Source: Clostridia bacterium (GTDB lineage Bacteria > Bacillota > Clostridia > Oscillospirales > CAG-272). Taken from it: a stretch of 46,436 bases of DNA. The stretch lies in contig JAFTLZ010000143.1 of assembly GCA_017452665.1 (NCBI GenBank), forward strand, positions 1-46,436. The letters are read 5' to 3'. The notes beneath the pieces are model-generated. The model ran no database searches, was not told where the DNA came from, and saw nothing but the letters and a program-made list of their open reading frames with translations. How positions within the stretch are numbered: the stretch's first letter is position 1; each line of letters begins with the position of its first letter. Positions 17,192 to 25,606 of this stretch are shown here, one piece after another. Position numbers and translations under genes: made by a program.

Positions 17192-19066
17192 ATGTATCGG
17201 TTGAAAAACGGAATTCTTTATAAGAGTGAGAAAAAAACGTTCGGCTTGGGAGAGTCCTACTATCCGTCTTTCCATCCCTGCAAATTTCCGGTTCCGCCCG
17301 AGGGGGATCGGATCGGGGAAATGAAAAAGGATCTTGCCATGATGGCGGAGATCGGCTTCAATCATGTTCGCTTTGCCGCGCTGGGAGAGGTGACGTTGGA
17401 TGCGGACGGCACAGCTGCCGTCAACACCCCCTTTATTGACGCCATGGTGGAGGAGGCAGATAAAAACGGTATTTCCGTGTCGATCCGAGAGCAGGGGTAC
17501 GTGGTCAATCTGCGGAATTTTGAAAACGCCGAAATGGTGGACTGGAACGGCGAAAAGCAGGAGACGGTGTGGTCGGATTTCATTCGTACGACGCTTCATC
17601 ACGACGGGATCCTGGAGGACAACCGCACGCACGCAGAGGCGCTTTCAAGGCATTACGGGGCGTACCCCAATACGGTGGCATTCCAGATCTACAACGAGCC
17701 GCACTATCCGGGCACACAGATGTATGACTATCATGAGGAAACTGTCAAGGCGTATCGCAGGTGGCTGGTAGAGAAGCAGATCCTCACCGAGGAGGAGGCT
17801 GTGGAGTATCTGCCGCCGCGCGGAAGACGGGAGCAGGGCGAGCGTATGTGGGCGCTGTGGCGTCTGTTTGCGCGGGACAGCCTGACCAACTTTTTGAACA
17901 ACGCGTCCGTTGGCTCCAAGCGCGGATCCGCGCTCCCGACCTATACCTGTATGACCAACGACCAGATCGCGAAGCGGGCGGCATATAGGGGCTGTGATAT
18001 TTTTGCGAATGCCAAAGAGATGGATCTTGTCGGATATACCTGCTATTTTCACGGGAGGGGCATTGACTACTACCCCCTATGTCTTTTGACGGATATTGCA
18101 CAGTGTGCCGCAGAGCTGGAGGGAAAGGAGTCGTGGTGCATTGAGCTGGACAGCCGTACCTACATTCCGATTCCTCTGTACAATCGCACCACCTATACGG
18201 TGATCGGCTCGGGTGCGAAGGGAATCGTGTACTATCAATGGCGGGGCGACTGTCCCGTGGAGGGCGTGCCGCATCCGAACAGCTGTGGGATCTTGAACTA
18301 TGACGGAACGAAAACGCACAATTTCGAGAACGCGGCAAACGTCAACAGATACGTCATCGGCATGAATGATCTTTTGATGGGGGCAAGACGCGCGCACGAG
18401 GGCGTAGGTCTCCTTCATTCCGATTATGCAATCTATCTCTGCGACGCGCGGGAAAACGGAGAGCGGCAGGCAAGGGGTGAGGACATCCGCAATTCCTATT
18501 TGCTGGAGTACACGGAGGTGCACAAGCAGCTCAGACAAGCAGGATATAATGTTACCGTGACCGATGCGGAGCACCTGGACAAAAACGCATTTGGCATCAA
18601 GGTTTTGTACGTTCCGTATATCAATATGCTCTCGCCCGAGGAAAAGGCAGCGGTGGAGCGGTTTATGAAAAAGGGCGGTGAGGTGTATATGATCTCTTAC
18701 CCTTGCTGGGATGGGGCGTGTTTGGGATACGCGAAATATGAGGGAGAGGTCAAGTCGCGCGAGGGGCTGACGCTGGACAGTATGTGCTCGGTGTACGACG
18801 TTGCCGACCTGACGGGCATTTCTCCGCGGGTTGCACCGCTGGATCCGTACCTTGGTGTGCAGCTTCTTGAGGGGGACGGATACCACTTGGTTGTCCTGAC
18901 CAATATTTCGGTTGCAAGAGAGCGGATACGTGCGAGAATGCGCGTGGATATTCCGTTTGCAACGGCGCGCTTTTATGCCATGGACGGTGAGAAGGCAGTG
19001 CACATCAGCGGCAACGAGCTGACGGTTGAGGACGTGACCGACGGCGGCATTCTCATTTTGAAATAA
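17192..19066 (+). CDS. Glycoside hydrolase, clan GH-A, GH42-like beta-galactosidase type (tentative).
   Basis: QIYNEPHYPG acid/base-type motif and WCIELDS as a candidate nucleophile region. ~620 aa. The AAAGGAGA spacing favours ATG 17192 over 17186. Confidence 0.65.
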   Translation: MYRLKNGILYKSEKKTFGLGESYYPSFHPCKFPVPPEGDRIGEMKKDLAMMAEIGFNHVRFAALGEVTLDADGTAAVNTPFIDAMVEEADKNGISVSIREQGYVVNLRNFENAEMVDWNGEKQETVWSDFIRTTLHHDGILEDNRTHAEALSRHYGAYPNTVAFQIYNEPHYPGTQMYDYHEETVKAYRRWLVEKQILTEEEAVEYLPPRGRREQGERMWALWRLFARDSLTNFLNNASVGSKRGSALPTYTCMTNDQIAKRAAYRGCDIFANAKEMDLVGYTCYFHGRGIDYYPLCLLTDIAQCAAELEGKESWCIELDSRTYIPIPLYNRTTYTVIGSGAKGIVYYQWRGDCPVEGVPHPNSCGILNYDGTKTHNFENAANVNRYVIGMNDLLMGARRAHEGVGLLHSDYAIYLCDARENGERQARGEDIRNSYLLEYTEVHKQLRQAGYNVTVTDAEHLDKNAFGIKVLYVPYINMLSPEEKAAVERFMKKGGEVYMISYPCWDGACLGYAKYEGEVKSREGLTLDSMCSVYDVADLTGISPRVAPLDPYLGVQLLEGDGYHLVVLTNISVARERIRARMRVDIPFATARFYAMDGEKAVHISGNELTVEDVTDGGILILK

Positions 19067-19265
19067 CGGAGGAATACGGACATGGAGAATCGGAAATTTC
19101 CCTGCGGCGGAAACGGAGGAGGAGATTCTTGTCTCCATCAAGCCCTTTATAGAAGCGTGTGGGAAAAAGTTGCTTGGAAAGGAATGAGCAGCGAAGGCAT
19201 TTCCCCCAAAAAAACAAAGCGAGGCTGTCATCAAATCGTAGATTGAGATAGCCCCTTTTTTGATT

Positions 19266-20111
19266 TTATTGATTTTTTACCGATTTCCGATACGCAAGCG
19301 GAGAGATCCCCTCCCGTTTTCGAAACACGTTTGAAAAATAGTTGGAATCGTTAAAGCCTACCGAATAAGAAATTTCGATCACGCTCAGCTTTGAGTATTT
19401 CAATAACCGTTTTGCGTGTTCCAAACGAATTTCCGTCAGATATTCGCGAAAGCTCTTCCCCGTTTCGCGCTGAAATGTATGGCTGAAATACGATCGGCTG
19501 CAATAAAAATTGCGGCAAATCTCCTCGGCGGTTAAATCCATTGCATACTGCTGTTGGATATACCGAAGGATCTGTGTCATCAAGGATTCCTTTTCCGTTC
19601 CTCCCGCGTCCTTCCGATATGCAAGCTCGAGCATTTGACAAAGCGGAAAAATCAGCGTATCGATCTTCTTTTTCTCAGGAGGGGCTGCACGCAACGTGTC
19701 ATACGCTTTTTTGAGGAGCTCCTCAGAATATCCAAAGCGCTCGGCGGTTCCGGCAACCAACTGCTCGCCTTCCGCGCAGGAGTAACCGCCCACGGAGACA
19801 AAGCCGATCATCCGTTGACCGTCGGACAGCGGATACACGTATTCAAACACCCCCGCATGGCAAACACCGCAAAATTCCTCTTTCCGATTGCGGCATTTTT
19901 CAAACACTCTTTTTTGTTGCGCAAGACAGCGGGCATGCCCGGGCAAGGAGGATTTTACGTGGGTGCAGTAGGAATTATCGTGAATATTAAATCGCATCAA
20001 GCGGCTAAAGGTAATCAACGATTCGCTTTCCAGTGGATGAAGCGTCACCGACAGCCCGCAATCGGTGATCAAATATACGATGTAGTTTTCAATCGATTCA
20101 ATCAAATCCAT
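19266..20111 (-). CDS. AraC-family transcriptional regulator.
   Basis: C-terminal HTH pair (..CSRSYFSHTFQRETGKSFREYLTEIRLEHAKRLL ... VGFNDSNYFSNVFRKREGISPLAYRK). Confidence 0.85.
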   Translation of the reverse strand: MDLIESIENYIVYLITDCGLSVTLHPLESESLITFSRLMRFNIHDNSYCTHVKSSLPGHARCLAQQKRVFEKCRNRKEEFCGVCHAGVFEYVYPLSDGQRMIGFVSVGGYSCAEGEQLVAGTAERFGYSEELLKKAYDTLRAAPPEKKKIDTLIFPLCQMLELAYRKDAGGTEKESLMTQILRYIQQQYAMDLTAEEICRNFYCSRSYFSHTFQRETGKSFREYLTEIRLEHAKRLLKYSKLSVIEISYSVGFNDSNYFSNVFRKREGISPLAYRKSVKNQ

Positions 20112-20222
20112 ATTTTTTGCCCGTTTTTCTATAAATTATGCCTGTATTTGCACTCTTTTTCTTTGCTTTTGCGTTATCATTATAACACAAACCGAAGAAA
20201 AAATCAATAGGGGGAAATTTTT

Positions 20223-21911
20223 ATGAAAAACCAATCTTATCAAGCCGACCTCTGCGTGGTAGGCGGCGGTATGTCCGGGCTTTGCTGTGCCATTGCGGCG
20301 GCGCGGCACGGGATCAAGGTCGTACTGGTACAAGACCGCCCGGTTCTTGGGGGAAACGCATCCGGAGAGATCCGTATGTGGATCTGCGGTGCGCATGGAA
20401 AGGATAACCGCGAAGGCGGCATCATCGAGGAGATTTTTCTTGAAAACTTTTATCAAAATCCCTCTCTTAAATATCCGATCTGGGACAGCGTGCTGTATGA
20501 AAAAGCAATGGCTGAAAAAAATCTTACACTTTTGTTGAACACAAGCTGTCTTGACGCAACGATGGACGGAAATCGGATCGTCAGCATCAAGGCTTGGCAA
20601 TCCAATGCCGAGACCTTTCACACCGTATCTGCCACCTATTTTGCCGATTGCTCCGGAGATTCGATTTTGGCTCCGCTGACGGGAGCAAATTATATGTATG
20701 GCAGAGAAGCGAAATCCGATTTTGGCGAAACAATTCCACCGGATACCGCCGATCAGAAAACCATGGGCATGAGCTGTCTGTTCCAGATTCGGGAAACCGA
20801 TCACAAGGTCAAATTTACACCGCCAACGTGGGCGTACAAATACGAGTCCGACGCCGATCTTCCTTACAAGGATCACGACAAGGAGAACAATTTTTGGTGG
20901 ATCGAGCTTGGCGGTGAATGGGATTGCATCCACGACACCGACCGATGCCGCGACGAACTGCTGAAAATCTGCTATGGCGTGTGGGATCATATGAAAAATC
21001 ACGGCGACCACGGTGTAGACAACTGGGAGCTGGATTGGATCGGCTTCCTCCCCGGAAAGCGCGAAAGCCGCCGTTACGTTGGAAAATACACCGTTACGCA
21101 AAACGACGTAGAGGCAGAGGGACGCTTTGACGATATCGTGGCTTATGCGGGCTGGTCAATGGACGACCACTTCCCCGAAGGCTTCTATTATACAAAAGGA
21201 CATCCCACCATTTATCATCCCGCGCCACAGCCCTGGGGCTTGCCGCTTCGGTGCATGATATCGGATAACATTCAAAATTTGGTCTTTGCCGGAAGAAACA
21301 TCAGCGTAACGCACGCCGCGCTTTCCTCCTCGCGTGTCATGGCAACCTGCGCCATTCTCGGTCAGGCGCTCGGAACGGCAGTGGCGCAAGCAATCTGCCA
21401 CGGGTGTGCGGTCGAAGAGGTCGATATCCCCACCCTGCAACAAACACTTATGGCAGACGATTGCTATATTCCTTGGCATACGAGAAAAGTTCCCTGCCTT
21501 ACGCAAAAAGCCCGGTGCAGTGCCGAGGTAGTCAGAAACGGCTTTGACCGAGGCGAAGAAAACTGCTGGACGGGCGTGTGCGGTGACGTAATCGAATACA
21601 AATTTGACAGCGACACCGACGTGCGCGAGATCCGTCTTGTTTTTGACAGCGACTTAAACCGCAACTATCAAAATATGCCCTGCAATTATCCGCTGGTTCA
21701 AACCAAATTCAAGCTGCCAAAAACATTGGTTTGCGAATACCGTATCGAAGGAATCAGCGAAAACGGCAGCACCGTTGTTTTACAAGTCCACGACAACCAT
21801 CAACGCTTTGTACGCCACACGGTAGACTGGCGTGTCAAAACCGTGCGCTTTGTTCCAATATCTACGCATGGATGCGAAAAATTCCGTGTGTTTGATTTTG
21901 AAATTGGCTGA
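20223..21911 (+). CDS. FAD-dependent oxidoreductase (family with an N-terminal GGGxxG Rossmann motif and a C-terminal beta-rich domain).
   Basis: DLCVVGGGMSGLCCAIAAARHGIKVVLVQDRPVLGGN. GGGGGAAA RBS. Confidence 0.75.
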   Translation: MKNQSYQADLCVVGGGMSGLCCAIAAARHGIKVVLVQDRPVLGGNASGEIRMWICGAHGKDNREGGIIEEIFLENFYQNPSLKYPIWDSVLYEKAMAEKNLTLLLNTSCLDATMDGNRIVSIKAWQSNAETFHTVSATYFADCSGDSILAPLTGANYMYGREAKSDFGETIPPDTADQKTMGMSCLFQIRETDHKVKFTPPTWAYKYESDADLPYKDHDKENNFWWIELGGEWDCIHDTDRCRDELLKICYGVWDHMKNHGDHGVDNWELDWIGFLPGKRESRRYVGKYTVTQNDVEAEGRFDDIVAYAGWSMDDHFPEGFYYTKGHPTIYHPAPQPWGLPLRCMISDNIQNLVFAGRNISVTHAALSSSRVMATCAILGQALGTAVAQAICHGCAVEEVDIPTLQQTLMADDCYIPWHTRKVPCLTQKARCSAEVVRNGFDRGEENCWTGVCGDVIEYKFDSDTDVREIRLVFDSDLNRNYQNMPCNYPLVQTKFKLPKTLVCEYRIEGISENGSTVVLQVHDNHQRFVRHTVDWRVKTVRFVPISTHGCEKFRVFDFEIG

Positions 21912-22000
21912 GGAAAGCCTCATGAATTGATCAGAAAAATGCGCCCCTCCTTCGTCAATAGCATACCAAAACAACAAATATTTTACAAAGAAGAAAAAGC

Positions 22001-22041
22001 CGGACAGCGGTTGGATTCCCAACTGCTGTCCGATTTTTTTA
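22001..22041. terminator. Bidirectional terminator between the convergent FAD-oxidoreductase and collagen-like genes.
   Basis: Stem CGGACAGCgGTTGG (22001-22014) pairs with CCAACtGCTGTCCG (22019-22032), with one mismatch. An A-run lies upstream and a T-run downstream. Confidence 0.65.
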
Positions 22042-23628
22042 TTCTGACAAAGAATACCGCGCAATCAATCCCACGCTTTCATTTGGCATTACAAAACAAA
22101 AGGTCAGATCTTCGCAAATCAATCCGTCGGAATACCACCCGATAAAGGTGTATCCCGCGCGCTCCTTGGCGGTAACGGTCACCGTTTCGCCCGCAGATAT
22201 TTTTTCACCCCGATAGACGTACTCCATGCAAAGGAAGGGATCTTCAAACGCATAGTATACACCGTCACGCATATAAAGTGCAGATGTATTTAAAGTATAG
22301 TAAGTATAAACTGCCTCCGCCTCAACATTCTCCTTTCCCATAACAAAGCTGTATTCCAGGTTTTCTTCCACGCATACACCCTTTACAAACCATCCAACAA
22401 ACATGTATCCGCTTTTTACGGTAGCCGTCAGTGTAACCGTTTCTCCTACTGTGATCGGCTTCTCGCTGTATTGCGTATACGTTCCCGCCACAAAAGCATC
22501 CTCGTAGGTTTCGTGCATACGGGAAGAGGTAGAAACCGTATAACAGCTGTATGCTGCCATAATCTGCACGTTTTCGTTCCTCATGGTGTAAATAAATTCC
22601 TCGTCCTCCGAAACACAGATATCATTGATATACCAGCCCTCAAAATTATATCCTGCATCCGCAGTAGCAATCAGTGTAACTGTATCCCCCACAGATACCT
22701 TTTGATTCTGCAAGCTTGTATAGCGTCCAATCTCAATGGGATATTCATCTGCATTGCCAAAGGTCGTGACGGTGTAATAGCTGTAACAAGCCTCTATCTG
22801 CACATTTTCCGCGCGCATCGTATAGGAATATACCGGATTCTTGCTAATACAACTGCCCCCAATATACCAACCTTCAAAATTATATCCGTCGTTTACGGTA
22901 GCCTCAAGCGTTACAATATCCCCAACCGAAACGTTTTCGTCACTCAATTTCGTAAAGGTGCCCGCCAAACCGTATTCGTCTGTATCAGAGAACGTGCTCA
23001 CCGTATAATGACTGAATACCGCTTCGATTGCAACATCACCCGCCTGCGCCACATATTCACAAGTCAGCTCTTTGCTGAAACAAACGTCATCAATATACCA
23101 CCCTTCAAAATTGTAGCCCTTGTTTACGGTAGCAACCAAAGGAATACGGTCTCCAACCGAAACCGTCTCGTTTTTTAGAACCGTATAGGTCCCCGCCAGA
23201 CCGTAATTGTCGCCATTGCAAAAAGTGGATACCGTCGGACCATCGGTAGGCTCGCTCCCCACGTCTTCGGATAAGTGGGTTTCATATTCATAAAGATTTC
23301 TCCATTTCGTATCATCCTCATCCGTATATTTCCATTGAAGCCATCCGTTATCTGCTCGATATTCTGCAGTCTTTCCGTTCGCTCCTTGCAAGCCCTGCAA
23401 TCCTTGTTCTCCCGTCAGACCTTGCTCTCCCTGCGGACCTTGCTCCCCCTGCAGGCCTTGCTCCCCCTGCGGGCCTTGCTCCCCCTGCGGGCCTTGCTCT
23501 CCCTGCGGGCCTTGCTCTCCCTGCGGACCTTGCTCTCCCTGCGGGCCTTGCTCTCCTTTACAAGCCGTGAAGGCAAACAGTAGCATTGCGCAAATCAAAA
23601 TAAGTACAATCCATTTTGTGTTCTTCAT
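22039..23628 (-). CDS. Lipoprotein with a collagen-like Gly-X-Y segment and five tandem Listeria-Bacteroides (InlB B-type) repeats.
   Basis: Signal peptide with lipobox FTAC. 21 G-X-Y triplets (GEQGPQ...). Five ~78-aa units each contain [26 protein letters not shown]. Confidence 0.85.
   Translation of the reverse strand: MKNTKWIVLILICAMLLFAFTACKGEQGPQGEQGPQGEQGPQGEQGPQGEQGPQGEQGLQGEQGPQGEQGLTGEQGLQGLQGANGKTAEYRADNGWLQWKYTDEDDTKWRNLYEYETHLSEDVGSEPTDGPTVSTFCNGDNYGLAGTYTVLKNETVSVGDRIPLVATVNKGYNFEGWYIDDVCFSKELTCEYVAQAGDVAIEAVFSHYTVSTFSDTDEYGLAGTFTKLSDENVSVGDIVTLEATVNDGYNFEGWYIGGSCISKNPVYSYTMRAENVQIEACYSYYTVTTFGNADEYPIEIGRYTSLQNQKVSVGDTVTLIATADAGYNFEGWYINDICVSEDEEFIYTMRNENVQIMAAYSCYTVSTSSRMHETYEDAFVAGTYTQYSEKPITVGETVTLTATVKSGYMFVGWFVKGVCVEENLEYSFVMGKENVEAEAVYTYYTLNTSALYMRDGVYYAFEDPFLCMEYVYRGEKISAGETVTVTAKERAGYTFIGWYSDGLICEDLTFCFVMPNESVGLIARYSLSE
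23368..23556 (-). repeat. 18-nt tandem DNA repeat (CTGCGGGCCTTGCTCCCC and variants) encoding the GEQGPQ collagen-like tract.
   Basis: Near-identical 18-mers are visible from ~23404 to 23556. The whole G-X-Y tract spans 23368-23556. Confidence 0.85.
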
Positions 23629-23644
23629 TTTTTATCTCCTTTTT

Positions 23645-23714
23645 GCCCAATTTGGGCTATTTATAGCCTAATTGTATCATATATAGCCCATTTTGTCAAG
23701 AGGATTGGGCTATA
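23645..23714. promoter_or_regulatory. Cluster of GGGCTAT/ATAGCCC dyads in the divergent intergenic region. Candidate operator set for the adjacent XRE regulator.
   Basis: GCCCAAtTTGGGC (23645-23657), GGCTAT-tt-ATAGCC (23655-23668), and TATAGCCCA (23682-23690) paired with TGGGCTATA (23706-23714). Confidence 0.4.
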
Positions 23715-23746
23715 ATTAGACTAAATATTTTGTTGGAGTGATAAAA

Positions 23747-23989
23747 ATGAACACATATACAGCAGTAAAAAACAGGATTCTTCAGCTTTTGGAAGAAAAG
23801 AAAATGTCGATCCACAAGCTTGCAATGGAATCAGCCGTCGCGCCCTCCTCTATCAAAAATATCCTTTACGGAAAAAGCCAGAATCCCGGAATCGTGACCA
23901 TAAAAATGCTTTGTGATGGCTTTGGGATCACGATAACCGAATTTTTTGACACCGAAGAATTTGCAAGCTTGGAGCAGGAAATTCAATAA
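23747..23989 (+). CDS. XRE-family helix-turn-helix transcriptional regulator.
   Basis: HTH KKMSIHKLAMESAVAPSSIKNILYGKSQNP. ATG 23747 with GGAGTG upstream. The ORF-track start 23738 is a GTG. Confidence 0.8.
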   Translation: MNTYTAVKNRILQLLEEKKMSIHKLAMESAVAPSSIKNILYGKSQNPGIVTIKMLCDGFGITITEFFDTEEFASLEQEIQ

Positions 23990-24009
23990 AAAAACATTTA
24001 TCAAAAATC

Positions 24010-24051
24010 AAAAGGCAACATCACCCAACCGGGGCATGATGTTGCCTTTTT
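24010..24051. terminator. Bidirectional terminator between the XRE gene and the convergent FAD-oxidoreductase.
   Basis: Stem GGCAACATCA (24014-24023) pairs with TGATGTTGCC (24037-24046), flanked by AAAA upstream and TTTTT downstream. Confidence 0.65.
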
Positions 24052-24061
24052 GATATGTTTT

Positions 24062-25342
24062 TTACATATGTCCGCCTTCAATTTCGGCATGGGTTTTGCC
24101 GTGAATGATAACGGTCTTATCCTCCGGAACATACGCATCCGGAAAATGGATCATCACGTTTTCCTTTTCCAGCTTAGCCTGCAACGCTTTGATCTCCACG
24201 TTTGCAACCGCCCGTCCGCTCTTCAGCGCCAGGCAAGCCGCCTCAGCTGCCGCCTGCCCGGTCAAGATCGCAGGCGGAATCACCCGCAAAAGATCCCAGC
24301 CGTATCCCGTACCGTCTGCACTTCTTCCCGCCGTAATGAGATTGGGATAATCCCGTCTTGTCAGGCAGCGCAGGGGCACCTCGAACAAGTGGTCACGGTG
24401 CTCAAAATCATTGATCGCGCAAACCGAATCGTCAAAATGGCGGTAGGCATCCGCAACCCTTAAGGAATAATCCCCCTTGATATGCGCGGTCGTTCTGAAT
24501 TGCGGCATCCCCGGAGTCGTCACAATTTCTCTCGTCTTTCTGTCGGTCTGCTTCAGCTTTTCAAGAACCAGAAGATGATTCCGCACGATATAGTCGGTCA
24601 CCTCCTCGGCAGATAAGCCCGACCAGCGCGGAACGTCATCGGGCTGACCGTCACCAAACAGATTGATGCCGCCACCGCTGATATTTTTGTAAATATGGCG
24701 AATATCTCCGCTCTCAACGGCGGCGCTGCAGCTCTCCAGCGTCACCATTTTTGCAGAAAAGGTGAAAAAGTTCTCCCCGCTTACGGTAGGAACACCGCCC
24801 CGCCGCAAAACGTCGCAGTCACCCGTGGTATCAATCAGCATTCGGCAGGCATAAAATTCGGTTCCGCCCTTGCTTTCGGTAATGACGCCCTTGCAAAGGG
24901 TTCCTTCCATAATCGGATCCACTGCCATGCAATCAAACAGAACATCCGCACCGCTTTTTTTCAGCTCTTCCGTCAGCTGATATGCAAAGATAGCCGGCGA
25001 GTATCGTTGAAAGTACCGAACCTCGGTTTTCTCCTTCGGCTCTCCGTCACGCCACTCCTCGGGAATCGTATCCCATCCAAGCTCGGCGCTCAGGCGCAGC
25101 CATTTTTCGGCAAGCCCAAATATGATCTGCTTTCCTCTGCCGTTGCACATCGGAACAAAAAGGTTGATCAATCCAAGCGTCCCCAAGCCTCCCAAAATGT
25201 TGCTCTTTTCCAAAAGCAACGTAGAAAGCCCGTTTTGCGCCGCACTCACCGCCGCGGCAACACCCGAAACACCGCCTCCGCAAACGATCACATCGTACGT
25301 TTTTTTCACAGCGAGCGTTTTTGAATATGTGATATGTTCCAT
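24062..25342 (-). CDS. FAD-dependent oxidoreductase, distant paralogue type of 20223..21911.
   Basis: YDVIVCGGGVSGVAAAVSAAQNGLSTLLLEKSNILGG. ATG 25342 has GAGGT 5 nt upstream. The alternative ATG 25354 has a poor RBS. Confidence 0.75.
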   Translation of the reverse strand: MEHITYSKTLAVKKTYDVIVCGGGVSGVAAAVSAAQNGLSTLLLEKSNILGGLGTLGLINLFVPMCNGRGKQIIFGLAEKWLRLSAELGWDTIPEEWRDGEPKEKTEVRYFQRYSPAIFAYQLTEELKKSGADVLFDCMAVDPIMEGTLCKGVITESKGGTEFYACRMLIDTTGDCDVLRRGGVPTVSGENFFTFSAKMVTLESCSAAVESGDIRHIYKNISGGGINLFGDGQPDDVPRWSGLSAEEVTDYIVRNHLLVLEKLKQTDRKTREIVTTPGMPQFRTTAHIKGDYSLRVADAYRHFDDSVCAINDFEHRDHLFEVPLRCLTRRDYPNLITAGRSADGTGYGWDLLRVIPPAILTGQAAAEAACLALKSGRAVANVEIKALQAKLEKENVMIHFPDAYVPEDKTVIIHGKTHAEIEGGHM

Positions 25343-25606
25343 TTTGTACCTCATGCAATTTGAAATATTATCCTAATGATACACCATTTTCCGATAAAAA
25401 TCAATAGAACTGTCAAAATTTCCGTACCAAACGGATTTTTCCGTTTTGATTACGCATTCGTTTTCTTCCTGCGAGACGACCCGGACGAAGCTTTTGATCC
25501 CTTCGATCCCTTCCTCGCCGCCTTTTTGGGCGTTTCATCGGGTGCTTGCGCAGGAATGTCATCTGCAGTCTCTGTATTCTCCGCGATCGCCTCAGCCGGT
25601 AGCTTT

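Noticed and set aside
19082-19246. A 54-codon ORF (MENRKFPCGGNGGGDSCLHQ...) with a good GGAGGAA RBS just after the GH42-like gene.
   Set aside because: It is short, with Gly/Cys-rich unstructured composition and no recognisable family. It ends inside the shared terminator region. It cannot be supported without conservation or ribosome-profiling data.
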